Of a stretch of 64,000 bases of DNA, positions 53,351 through 61,801 are shown piece by piece (positions within the stretch are counted from its first letter, which is position 1; every line of letters begins with the position of its first letter). The notes beneath the pieces are model-generated. The model was not told where the DNA came from, ran no database searches, and was given only the letters and a program-made list of their open reading frames with translations. The stretch comes from an uncultured Dehalococcoidales bacterium (lineage in GTDB: Bacteria > Chloroflexota > Dehalococcoidia > E44-bin15). The position numbers and the translations under genes were made by a program. The stretch is from contig CAYUCL010000006.1 in assembly GCA_964443325.1 (NCBI GenBank), positions 14,644 through 78,643 on the forward strand, in the 5' to 3' direction.

Positions 53351-54065
53351 TCAGGCCTGGTGCTGCAAAAATGGATCAGGCTTCTTTGAGGCAAGAATCA
53401 CGGTGTACAGTCCCGACTTGGTCATCCGGAGAATTGGCTCAACAATATGGTAGTATAGCCAGTAATGATTGCGAATCTTATAACATACCGGTTCGAAATA
53501 GCTGGTGTAGATCCTTTGAATTTTGAAATAGTCAGATAGCAGTTCTGTAAGTTCGTCGATTGCTAACCAGCTTTCGATTGGTTGATCCCCCTTTATATCT
53601 AGTGCATTAGCAACTCTCTTATTTGGCGTGGTCAATATCACATGGCCATCTTCAACCAAAAATTGATAAATCAATCTTATAAATTCTATTTGTTCGTCCT
53701 TGGCAAGATGCTCGATAACTTCAGATGATACAATCAGTTCATAGCCATTTTCCTCTATGGAGACATCAAAGAAAGGTGCGAAGATGAATAATGTGAGGAT
53801 ATCTCGCTTTAGCTATTGCAATAGCCGAATCCGAAATGTCTATCGCGGTTGTTTTGCCGTATTTTAACAAGTGACTGGTCAAATCACCGATGCCACAACC
53901 CAAATCCAAAATCCTAGCATTCTGCTTAAGTTTTACATATCGAAGAGCTGACATTACAGTATTGTGACGGCAGACGGCTTCCACCTTTAGTGCTACGCTT
54001 AGGCTTTCTTCTTTCCAAAACGCATTGTAGTATTCTATTATAGATTTTCGATTTGAACTTCCCAC
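53351..54065 (-). pseudogene. Class I SAM-dependent methyltransferase split by a frameshift (two ORFs: 53766-54065 N-terminal part, 53351-53674 C-terminal part)
   Basis: The N-terminal part carries motif I (ARILDLGCGIGDLTS) and ends ...HLRTFL*. Reading -1 across 53760-53775 continues FDVSIEENGYELIVSSEVIEHLAKDEQIEF and joins the downstream ORF (IRLIYQFLVEDGHVILTTPN). A single-base indel in TTTCTTT explains the split. Confidence 0.6.
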
Positions 54066-54110
54066 AAGAACTCACATTCTATCAAGTAGTTGGTGATATT
54101 GCAGCCTATA

Positions 54111-55016
54111 CTATTGCCTGTTAACCTTTGAACTTTGGCATAGAAGTGGAGTGCACCCCCATGGTTGGACAGGTAGGGTTAGTCCTTCCCAGGAAGGATG
54201 GCGGAGTAGCACGGTCTCTGGCTGAACAAGCAGAGACTCTTCAAACTCATTCGGTGGGCGATAACCCAGAGCCGAATGAAGCCTCTTCCGATTATAGACC
54301 TCCTCAATGAAGTAAGGAAGTCTTTCCAGTACATCTTTTAAAGTCTCATATTCACACAGGTAAACCTCCTCGTACTTAAGAGTCTTGAAAAAGCTCTCTA
54401 TCACGGCATTCTCATAGGGGTTACCCGCCCGGGCCATGCTGATTTGAAACCCATGCCCCCTGAGCTCGGCCGTGTACTCATCTGAGGCATACTGCACTCC
54501 CTGGTCAGAGTGATGAATGACCCCTATGCCAGGCTGTCTTTCACCTATCGCCATGCGCAATGCCCTCAGTGCCAACGCTGTATCCAAGCTGGTAGAGATT
54601 GCATACCCGATAACCCGCCTAGAAAAGGCATCCAGAATGGCTGCCAGGTAGACAAAGCCAGTCCGGATACGGATGTAAGTGATGTCGGGCAACCATACCT
54701 GACTCAGCCGGCTGACAGTCACCCCTTTGATAAGATTGGGATACCTGGGGAAGCGATGTCGGCTATCAGTGGTTTTCACCCACTTACGCCTCACCCGGCA
54801 CAGCAGATCACTTTCCCTCATTAACCGCAGTACCTTCTTGTGATTCACTACCCATCCCTCTCGCTGCAGTTGTTTGGTAACCCTGCGACATCCGTATCGG
54901 GGAAACTCAAGGCAAATAGCTTCAATACGGTCCACCAGGTCAGCCTCTGCTTCCATCCGGTCGGGGCTTTTGGTTTTGGGTTTGTAGTAGAAACTGCTCC
55001 TTGCAAGGTTCATCAA
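54111..55016 (-). CDS. IS3 transposase OrfB (DDE integrase core, rve)
   Basis: 301 aa. D...D...E region (VWLPDITYIRI...HHSDQGVQYAS...ENAVIESFFKTLKYE) typical of the IS3 rve domain. Expressed as an OrfAB fusion by -1 frameshift. Confidence 0.8.
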   Translation of the reverse strand: MMNLARSSFYYKPKTKSPDRMEAEADLVDRIEAICLEFPRYGCRRVTKQLQREGWVVNHKKVLRLMRESDLLCRVRRKWVKTTDSRHRFPRYPNLIKGVTVSRLSQVWLPDITYIRIRTGFVYLAAILDAFSRRVIGYAISTSLDTALALRALRMAIGERQPGIGVIHHSDQGVQYASDEYTAELRGHGFQISMARAGNPYENAVIESFFKTLKYEEVYLCEYETLKDVLERLPYFIEEVYNRKRLHSALGYRPPNEFEESLLVQPETVLLRHPSWEGLTLPVQPWGCTPLLCQSSKVNRQ

Positions 55017-55454
55017 TCGACACCCCCGCCGGATATTGCTGACGAGGCATCCCCACCGTGCAATGACTTCGCGTTTCTTCTCGACTGGCTGAGGCTGTTC
55101 TGTAACCCCTTTTTTAGGAATTCGTTCTCCAGGGTCAGCCTACCCACCAATCGCTCCAATTGCTCGATCCTGTCCCTAAGACCACCTTCTTCAGTGGGCT
55201 CATTATCAAACTTGCCCCGGCTATATTGCTTCCTCCAGTGGTGAATTAAGCTTGATTGGATATTGTATCTACGGCAGATCTGAGCAGGGCGACTTTCGCC
55301 ACTGAGCAACTCCTCGACTATCTGGCGCTTAAACTCTACACTGAAACTCCTCTGGTTCCTCATGGCAAGATCCTTTCTATCCCTTATTATAACGTTACTC
55401 CGACCCTGCCAAACAGTCCTAACCCAAAGTGTCCAGTTTCAGGGGTTCACTCCA
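54147..55454 (-). mobile_element. IS3-family insertion sequence (1308 bp) with terminal inverted repeats and a 3-bp target-site duplication AAG
   Basis: IRL TGGAGTGCACCCCCATGGTTGGACAGGTAGGGTTAG matches IRR (reverse complement) TGGAGTGAACCCCTGAAACTGGACACTTTGGGTTAG, with TG...CA termini. AAG flanks both ends (54144-54146 and 55455-55457). OrfA and orfB have an A-AAA-AAG slippery site. Confidence 0.8.
55013..55363 (-). CDS. IS3 transposase OrfA (HTH)
   Basis: 116 aa. RRYNIQSSLIHHWRKQY HTH. It contains the CTA-AAA-AAG-GGG slippery heptamer (+ strand 55110-55120), after which the -1 frame stays open into orfB. Confidence 0.8.
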   Translation of the reverse strand: MRNQRSFSVEFKRQIVEELLSGESRPAQICRRYNIQSSLIHHWRKQYSRGKFDNEPTEEGGLRDRIEQLERLVGRLTLENEFLKKGLQNSLSQSRRNAKSLHGGDASSAISGGGVD

Positions 55455-55655
55455 AAGGTTTATCGATAAATACAGCGAAATTAGCTATAGCCTTTTAGAA
55501 GAGAGTGAAATCATTGAACATCATCACTGGATATACATTTCAAATGCAATAATGATGCAAACCAGAAGAGAAGCCCAAGGGCAACAACGAAGTATATGTT
55601 TATCACGCCTTGTTATCCTCACTTAATTAGCCGATATTTCACTCATTTATCTCTC

Positions 55656-56795
55656 TTAATCTATACCCCCTTTAGTTTCCTCTTTAAGCTCTTCATAAAT
55701 CTTCTCCACCCTACTCATCTCCTTTTCATAACTTGCTTTTTCCTCAACTAATTTCCGGTTAGCTTTTCTAGCATTTTCCCTTAGGTCTTCATCTCTCAGC
55801 AGGCAAACAATTCTTTCAGCCAATAACTCCGGGCTCTTTACGGGGATTACAAATCCATTCTCGCTATCGCTCACCCATCTTTTGGCATCACCTGCATCGG
55901 TAGTAACAATGGCAAGTCCACAAGCAAGTGCTTCTATCAAGCTAATAGAGGCACCGTCGGAGAGAGATGTCGAAACATAAATATCCGCTGATGCCAGATA
56001 TTTGGGGAGTTCATTATGAGGTATCCAGCCTACAAACCTTGTGCTCTCCCATATGCCAAGTGATTTTGCCAGTCCTTCAAGGTAACCTCTCTGTGACCCC
56101 TCGCCAGCAATTACAAATCTTGTGTCAGGAGCTTGAGATAAAACTGAAGGGATAGCTTTAATAAGCGTTTCGACATCGTATACTGGCTCAAAATTCCGAA
56201 TACTAATAACAGTGAATGAATCTGATACCTCCAAACTTGACCTAAGTTTCTCATCTTTCGGTTGGGGGTAAAATTTTCGCATGTCTATGCCTAAAGGGGC
56301 TGCCTTTACTTTTTCGGGCTCTATACCTAGTTTTATGACTCCTTCCCTGGGCTTTGCACCAAAACAAAGTATCACCTCTGCCTCTCCTAATGCCTTCTTC
56401 ATTAAATTGACATGCTTCTCGCCAAACCGTTTCGGAGCAAGTAAAACATCGCTACCCCAGATGGTTATAATAAAGGGATGGAATTGTAGACGTGAGGCAG
56501 GAATCCCATAGCTTGTGAGATAATGGGCATCCAATACATCTGGTTTAATCTCTTCGAGAAGCTTTCTCCTTTTCTTCGTTTCATAGCGCTCGTGCAAAAA
56601 ATGGAAAACACGCGCAATGATAGGGATCTTATAAGGAAAAGAGGATGTGGATGAGGAGATATCATAAACATGGGCACCCTCTATTTCAGCGGGTTCGGGG
56701 GTAATTACATGAACCTCGTGTCCTTTGTCTATGAAGTACTTCATCCATCTCTTTAGATGGATACTTTGGGGATTGCCGTAATAACAGATTCTCAT
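55656..56795 (-). CDS. Family-4 glycosyltransferase
   Basis: MRICYYGNPQSIH N-terminus and C-terminal RFVGWIPHNELPKYLASADIYVSTSLSDGASISLIEALACGLAIVTTDAGD. Confidence 0.8.
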   Translation of the reverse strand: MRICYYGNPQSIHLKRWMKYFIDKGHEVHVITPEPAEIEGAHVYDISSSTSSFPYKIPIIARVFHFLHERYETKKRRKLLEEIKPDVLDAHYLTSYGIPASRLQFHPFIITIWGSDVLLAPKRFGEKHVNLMKKALGEAEVILCFGAKPREGVIKLGIEPEKVKAAPLGIDMRKFYPQPKDEKLRSSLEVSDSFTVISIRNFEPVYDVETLIKAIPSVLSQAPDTRFVIAGEGSQRGYLEGLAKSLGIWESTRFVGWIPHNELPKYLASADIYVSTSLSDGASISLIEALACGLAIVTTDAGDAKRWVSDSENGFVIPVKSPELLAERIVCLLRDEDLRENARKANRKLVEEKASYEKEMSRVEKIYEELKEETKGGID

Positions 56796-57008
56796 GGTTT
56801 GTGTTGTTATTCCTTTGCAATTACAAAGATATCATTTGCCTAATTCTTAAACACCTTACATAGGAAAGGGTCAACGATCGGTGATAGCAGGCCCATTCCA
56901 GCCTCCATATTTATCTGAAAGCCCGATTGTCGGGGTAATTTACTTAAGCTCTCAAAGGTGAAGAACCTTACGTGTAGTGGCTGTTCAGGATATCCTATGC
57001 TTTCAAAG

Positions 57009-58151
57009 CTAAGTTCTGGCATATTCGTCTCCTTTCGTCTCGCTCACATGGGTCGATATGATGTCATGTAATGTATCCGCTCGTCTCTTCCAAGTATTAT
57101 CTTGCTTAAGCTCGTGCAGTTCTCTGCTTAATTTCATCCTTTCGCTGGGATTACTAAGTAGGTATTCCAGCTTCTCGTAAAAATCCTCCGCGGAATAATC
57201 GACCCATAAGAAACCTTTTCCATCGCTGATCATCTTCAAGCCCTCGCATCGCGTTGCTATGAAGGGAATCTCTGAACCGATATACTCAAAGAATTTGGTT
57301 GGCCTAGTAGTGTTATGGTAGGGGATATTGGGATTGGCGGGATAGGCAAATACATCTACATCAGAGAAACAGGATAATAGTTTTGTCCTCGGCACGGTCT
57401 TGTGTATGATAAACTGTGACTCCTCAATCTTTCTCTCCGTTTTTTCAACCAGAAGAGCCATTTTCCCAAAAAGGAGAAGCTTGACATATGGATACTTCTT
57501 GTGCAACGTAATGGCTGCGTTAACCACGAGGTTGATACCCTCATCCGGTACGATGGCTCCAGCATAAGCGATATTGAACCTGTCCTTGTAAATCTCATAT
57601 CTCAGGTTGGCAAATTCTTCTTCCTCAAGCCCTCCTGGCAAAACTGCTGTTTCATATTCAGGATACTTGCTGGACACAACAACCAGGATGTCGGACATCC
57701 CAACAAGCTCCTCCTCCAGCTTTCGCAGTGGCGCGACCTCCTCAGGGCTTCTGCCTCTTATCTCATATTGTTCCACCCAGTCATGTCCATACATTAGAAG
57801 CTTCACACCAATCTTCCTGGCAAACCTTAGCAGTGGAACGTTGAAGCTGTCGCTGAAGACTACATTTGGATATGAGAAATAGATAAAATCTGGACGCCAG
57901 AGAAGGATTATCAGGAATGATAAGGAGGGTATTGTGAAGTGATAGAATAGATCGATAAACCAATTGAGTCTAGAATAGCTATCTGAGTATTTCTGCTTAT
58001 ATTCGAAAGGGATGTAGATTAAACTGATGTCCTCTTTCTGTTTTAAGTACATCAAGATGTAGTGAATACGTATGAAAGTTCCACTCACCCTATCGCTGAG
58101 CCTATCGACGATCTTACCCTCAACTAAGGCAAAAATCTTGATCTTCTTCAT
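57009..58151 (-). CDS. Glycosyltransferase (GT-B, GT4-like)
   Basis: C-terminal TKFFEYIGSEIPFIATRCEGL is an E-x7-E-type motif. 380 aa. Confidence 0.6.
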   Translation of the reverse strand: MKKIKIFALVEGKIVDRLSDRVSGTFIRIHYILMYLKQKEDISLIYIPFEYKQKYSDSYSRLNWFIDLFYHFTIPSLSFLIILLWRPDFIYFSYPNVVFSDSFNVPLLRFARKIGVKLLMYGHDWVEQYEIRGRSPEEVAPLRKLEEELVGMSDILVVVSSKYPEYETAVLPGGLEEEEFANLRYEIYKDRFNIAYAGAIVPDEGINLVVNAAITLHKKYPYVKLLLFGKMALLVEKTERKIEESQFIIHKTVPRTKLLSCFSDVDVFAYPANPNIPYHNTTRPTKFFEYIGSEIPFIATRCEGLKMISDGKGFLWVDYSAEDFYEKLEYLLSNPSERMKLSRELHELKQDNTWKRRADTLHDIISTHVSETKGDEYART

Positions 58152-58170
58152 TATTCCACTCTATCCCTAA

Positions 58171-59337
58171 CTATTGTTGAAGTTTTGCCTTGGAAATAGT
58201 CGACTTGATTTCATCTGCTATTCTTTCTATCTGGCGACCGCTAAGTTCTGGATACATTGGAAGGGAAATAACCTCCTCCTGAGCGCGCTCGCTTTGTGGG
58301 AAATCGCCTGGTTTATGACCCAGATATCCATAGATCGGCTGAAGATGCAGGGAGAGCGGGTAATAGACGGCTGTGGTAATGCCACGGGAAGCCAGATACT
58401 CTCGTAATGCATCCCTATACCCACCAGAATTCCTTATGCGGATGGTGTAGTAGTTGAAAATGTGGTAACTGGCAGAGGCTACATAAGGCGGTTCGACACC
58501 TTCAACTTCGGTTAGAAACTGGGAATAGAGTCCGGCATTGCGCCGCCGCTGGCCAATCCACTCATCCAAGTACCTCAGCTTGACCCGAAGGACCGCGGCC
58601 TGCAACTCATCCAGGCGGCTATTGAATCCGGGAATGAGGTGGTAGTATTTCTCCTTGCAGCCGTGATTACGGAGCATTGCTATTTCCTCAGCGATAGCCG
58701 CATCGTTTGTAACCACCATTCCTCCGTCCCCGTAAGCACCGAGAATCTTGCTGGGGAAGAAACTCAGGCAGCCGGCGTCACCGAGAGAGCCGGCTCTGTT
58801 CCCCTCATATCTCGCTCCAAGAGCCTGGGCGCAGTCCTCGATGACTTTGAGGTTATGTTTCTTGGTGAGTGCCACTATAGGGCCCATATCTGCTGGTTGA
58901 CCGTAGAGATGAACGGGAAGGATGGCCCTGGTGTTTTCAGTTATTTTGGGCTCGATATTGGCAGGTTCGATATTAAGGGTTTTGGGGTCTATATCCACAA
59001 AAACCGGCGTAGCACCGCATTTGGCTATTGCCTCAGCAGTGGCGATGAAGGTGAATGGTGTGGTGATGACCTCGTCACCCGGTCTAACTCCACAGGCGAG
59101 AAGGACAAGCTGCAGCGCATCGGTTCCCGAGGCAACCCCTATTGCATATTTAACACCAAGGTAGGCAGCAACCTCTTCTTCAAAGGCTCTGACTTCGGGT
59201 CCAAGGATGAACTGCCCCTGCTGCATAGCCTGATGAATGGCAGCTTCAATCTCTTGTCCTATTGAGTTGAATTGTGCCTTGAGATCGACTAAGGGAATAA
59301 TCATTTTCCCTGTGATCTGCTTCCTAGTATTTATCAC
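58171..59337 (-). CDS. DegT/DnrJ/EryC1/StrS-family PLP-dependent sugar aminotransferase (WbpE-like)
   Basis: 388 aa. GVASGTDALQLVL..., active-site Lys region SFFPSKILGAYGDGG, AIAEEIAMLRNHG. Confidence 0.85.
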   Translation of the reverse strand: MINTRKQITGKMIIPLVDLKAQFNSIGQEIEAAIHQAMQQGQFILGPEVRAFEEEVAAYLGVKYAIGVASGTDALQLVLLACGVRPGDEVITTPFTFIATAEAIAKCGATPVFVDIDPKTLNIEPANIEPKITENTRAILPVHLYGQPADMGPIVALTKKHNLKVIEDCAQALGARYEGNRAGSLGDAGCLSFFPSKILGAYGDGGMVVTNDAAIAEEIAMLRNHGCKEKYYHLIPGFNSRLDELQAAVLRVKLRYLDEWIGQRRRNAGLYSQFLTEVEGVEPPYVASASYHIFNYYTIRIRNSGGYRDALREYLASRGITTAVYYPLSLHLQPIYGYLGHKPGDFPQSERAQEEVISLPMYPELSGRQIERIADEIKSTISKAKLQQ

Positions 59338-59519
59338 TTTGATGTCCTGCGCAACGAGTAATGCCTTCCCTATATTTTGTACAAACTAGGAAATAGAAAT
59401 CGCCGAACTGTCTTAACAACGATGCCTTGCATAGTGTTCTTTCCATTGTGCATTATTCTATGTAGATTCGTGTTTAGGTGTTTCTGCGGTCATTCAAATG
59501 CGATGCTTACTATTCGGGA

Positions 59520-60836
59520 CTATATTACGATGTAATCCAAGTACCTGATCATTTCTCTTCCATCTTGAATGCTAATCTCGCCAATCGGGTCGCCTAGCAT
59601 CAGCTTCATCATTAACAGGGGAATGTTCAGGCCAGCACTTGCAGCAAGTGGCATCCCACCAGACGCAAATCTCGGGTTCACCTCCAGAAACACCAATTCT
59701 TCGTCCCTTTTGATAACCTGGACGTTCGACGGACCTATGAGTCCTAGAAGCTCTACTATCCTCTTGCTCTCACATATAAGGGCCGGATCCATCTCCACTT
59801 GTGCCACGACAGCCAGTCCGCCTTTCACAACTACTCGTCGCAGAGGGACGAGGCCAACCACCTTGCCATCGAAATCCGAGACGATATTCACTGTGTATTC
59901 CGTTCCCTCGACGTATTGCTGGACAACAGGATCAGGGGTTCTATTCATGAAAAAGGCCAGTTCATCTTTGCTTTCGATTTTACGAACGTATGCCGAACCT
60001 GAGCCAAAGCGTGATTTGATAAGCAGGGGGTATTCGCTCTCAGGAATGTCTGCTGAATCATAGATCCTTGGATGAGTGGCCCCTTGTTTGTGAAAAAACT
60101 CTGCTATTGCCCGCTTGTCATCGCATATCCTGAGCTTGTCCAATGATGATATTGCGAGTTTCACTCCTATGTCCTGAAACAGCTTCTGGTTATAGCTGTA
60201 AAACGGCAGCTCGACTGAGTGAGTGGGCATTAAAATACTAACACCGAATTGCCTACAGATGTTTGATATGAAGTCTCGAAAAGACGGTTCGGATACCCTA
60301 GGAGCTATCTCATATTCATCGGCCAGATGCAGGCCTGCGGCGTGCGGACTAGAGTCAATTGCAATGATTCTTGTTTGGTATTCCTGTTGGCTGCGCAGAG
60401 CCTGTATAACATTAACGCCGTTGGTGGAACCGGCAGCCGAGACAAGCACAGTGACCGCTTTTCGCACATGAGTATTTTGCGACTGCACCAGTTTATTTGT
60501 TTTCTGCTCAATAGTGCTTAGGAGCGTATTCCAAATATCGGACCAGTCGGTCAACGAGATAGCTCTATCGTCCACGAAGATGTCAGCTACAGGTTTTCCC
60601 AGAACCAAATGATGGTACTTTATCCCGTACCGGCTGAGTTGAGTCAATGTAAGTTCCAACTCCCTGTAAGTTCTGGCTGTATATATGATAATTGTATGCC
60701 CCATTGCGTACAGAGCATTGACAGCGTCAACTGCTCCATCAATTGGAGCTGCTGTTGATCTTTTAGGCTCCTCCTTTTCTTGAAGTATCGTTCCATCCAG
60801 GTCGATTGCGATTCTCAAGTGGTCTCTGCTCTTCAT
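59520..60836 (-). CDS. Fusion protein: N-terminal HAD-like hydrolase domain plus C-terminal ATP-grasp ligase domain
   Basis: Start MKSRDHLRIAIDLDGTIL (HAD motif I DxDGT) ...IIIYTARTY...FVDDRAI. The second half has an ATP-grasp fold (ILMPTHSVELPF...LLIKSRFGSGSAYVRKIES...QQYVEGTEYTVNIVSDFDGKVVGL...LEVNPRFASG). ATG at 60836 overlaps the upstream stop as ATGA. Confidence 0.65.
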   Translation of the reverse strand: MKSRDHLRIAIDLDGTILQEKEEPKRSTAAPIDGAVDAVNALYAMGHTIIIYTARTYRELELTLTQLSRYGIKYHHLVLGKPVADIFVDDRAISLTDWSDIWNTLLSTIEQKTNKLVQSQNTHVRKAVTVLVSAAGSTNGVNVIQALRSQQEYQTRIIAIDSSPHAAGLHLADEYEIAPRVSEPSFRDFISNICRQFGVSILMPTHSVELPFYSYNQKLFQDIGVKLAISSLDKLRICDDKRAIAEFFHKQGATHPRIYDSADIPESEYPLLIKSRFGSGSAYVRKIESKDELAFFMNRTPDPVVQQYVEGTEYTVNIVSDFDGKVVGLVPLRRVVVKGGLAVVAQVEMDPALICESKRIVELLGLIGPSNVQVIKRDEELVFLEVNPRFASGGMPLAASAGLNIPLLMMKLMLGDPIGEISIQDGREMIRYLDYIVI

Positions 60837-61798
60837 TGCCGCCCTGCCTCCAGGAGATGTTGGAGAGCCTCCAGGGTTTGCACCACCTCGAGCCCCAGTT
60901 TGCCGTCTGATAGAGGTTTGCTGCGGTCTTCCATGCAGTGGACAAACTGCTGGCATTCAAGCAATAAGGGCTCACTATGGGCCAGCGGTGGTGAGGACTG
61001 CCCCGACGACCTTGTCAGAAGAGTGTCATTAGCTGCCCCTTTGTCATGTATTTGGAGTTTGAATTGCGGCTCCATATCATCGAAGATTGCCATCTTTTCG
61101 CTTCCTACTACGGTGAGTTGACGTGTTTTATGAGGATCGAGCCAACTGGCATGAATGTGAGCCAGAATACCACCCGGGAATTCTAGCGTAGCAAAAACAA
61201 CATCCTCCAGATGGGGCTGGAGGTAGCACGAGCCGTGCGCTGAGACAGGTACAGGCGAACTATCAAGCAGGTAGAGAAATACCGCGATGTCGTGGGGAAC
61301 GAGCCGCCAAAGCGCACTTTCGTCGCGGCGGATTTGTCCCAAATTAACCCTAGTGGAGTATAGATAGTAGATATCACCCAGCTCGCCGGATTGAATATAT
61401 TGTTTCAGCATTTGAACCGCTGGATGATAAAGTAGCAAATGACCGCTCATGAGAATCCGGTGGTCATCGTGGGCAAGTTGCACCAGTTCGCCGGCGTCCC
61501 GAGCGTTGGTCGTAAATGGTTTTTCCACAAAGACATCTTTGCCCGCTAACAGCGCTTCCTTTGCCATGGAGTAGTGCAATGCTGCTGGAGAGGCAATAAC
61601 TACGCCTTCTATTTCGTTGTTGGCAAGGACTTGCTGATAACTTCGCTCGGCGTTTGCTCCGGGATAGCGCAAAGCAAGCTCCTCCAGGGTGTCGGGGTCG
61701 GCATCACAAATGATATGCAGGGCGCCGAGTTCGGCGAAGTTGCGCACCAAGTTCCTACCCCAGTATCCACAGCCAATAACCGCTATGTTTCCTTCCAT
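60833..61798 (-). CDS. Gfo/Idh/MocA-family NAD(P)-dependent oxidoreductase (WbpB-like UDP-sugar 3-dehydrogenase candidate)
   Basis: MEGNIAVIGCGYWGRNLVRNF Rossmann motif, EKP motif (DVFVEKPFT). 321 aa. Confidence 0.8.
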   Translation of the reverse strand: MEGNIAVIGCGYWGRNLVRNFAELGALHIICDADPDTLEELALRYPGANAERSYQQVLANNEIEGVVIASPAALHYSMAKEALLAGKDVFVEKPFTTNARDAGELVQLAHDDHRILMSGHLLLYHPAVQMLKQYIQSGELGDIYYLYSTRVNLGQIRRDESALWRLVPHDIAVFLYLLDSSPVPVSAHGSCYLQPHLEDVVFATLEFPGGILAHIHASWLDPHKTRQLTVVGSEKMAIFDDMEPQFKLQIHDKGAANDTLLTRSSGQSSPPLAHSEPLLLECQQFVHCMEDRSKPLSDGKLGLEVVQTLEALQHLLEAGRQ

Positions 61799-61801
61799 AT
61801 T

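Noticed and set aside
56840-57022. 60-aa - strand ORF between two glycosyltransferase genes
   Set aside because: It overlaps the start region of 57009-58151 and lies in the short spacer. No RBS or domain is evident. It is probably non-coding.
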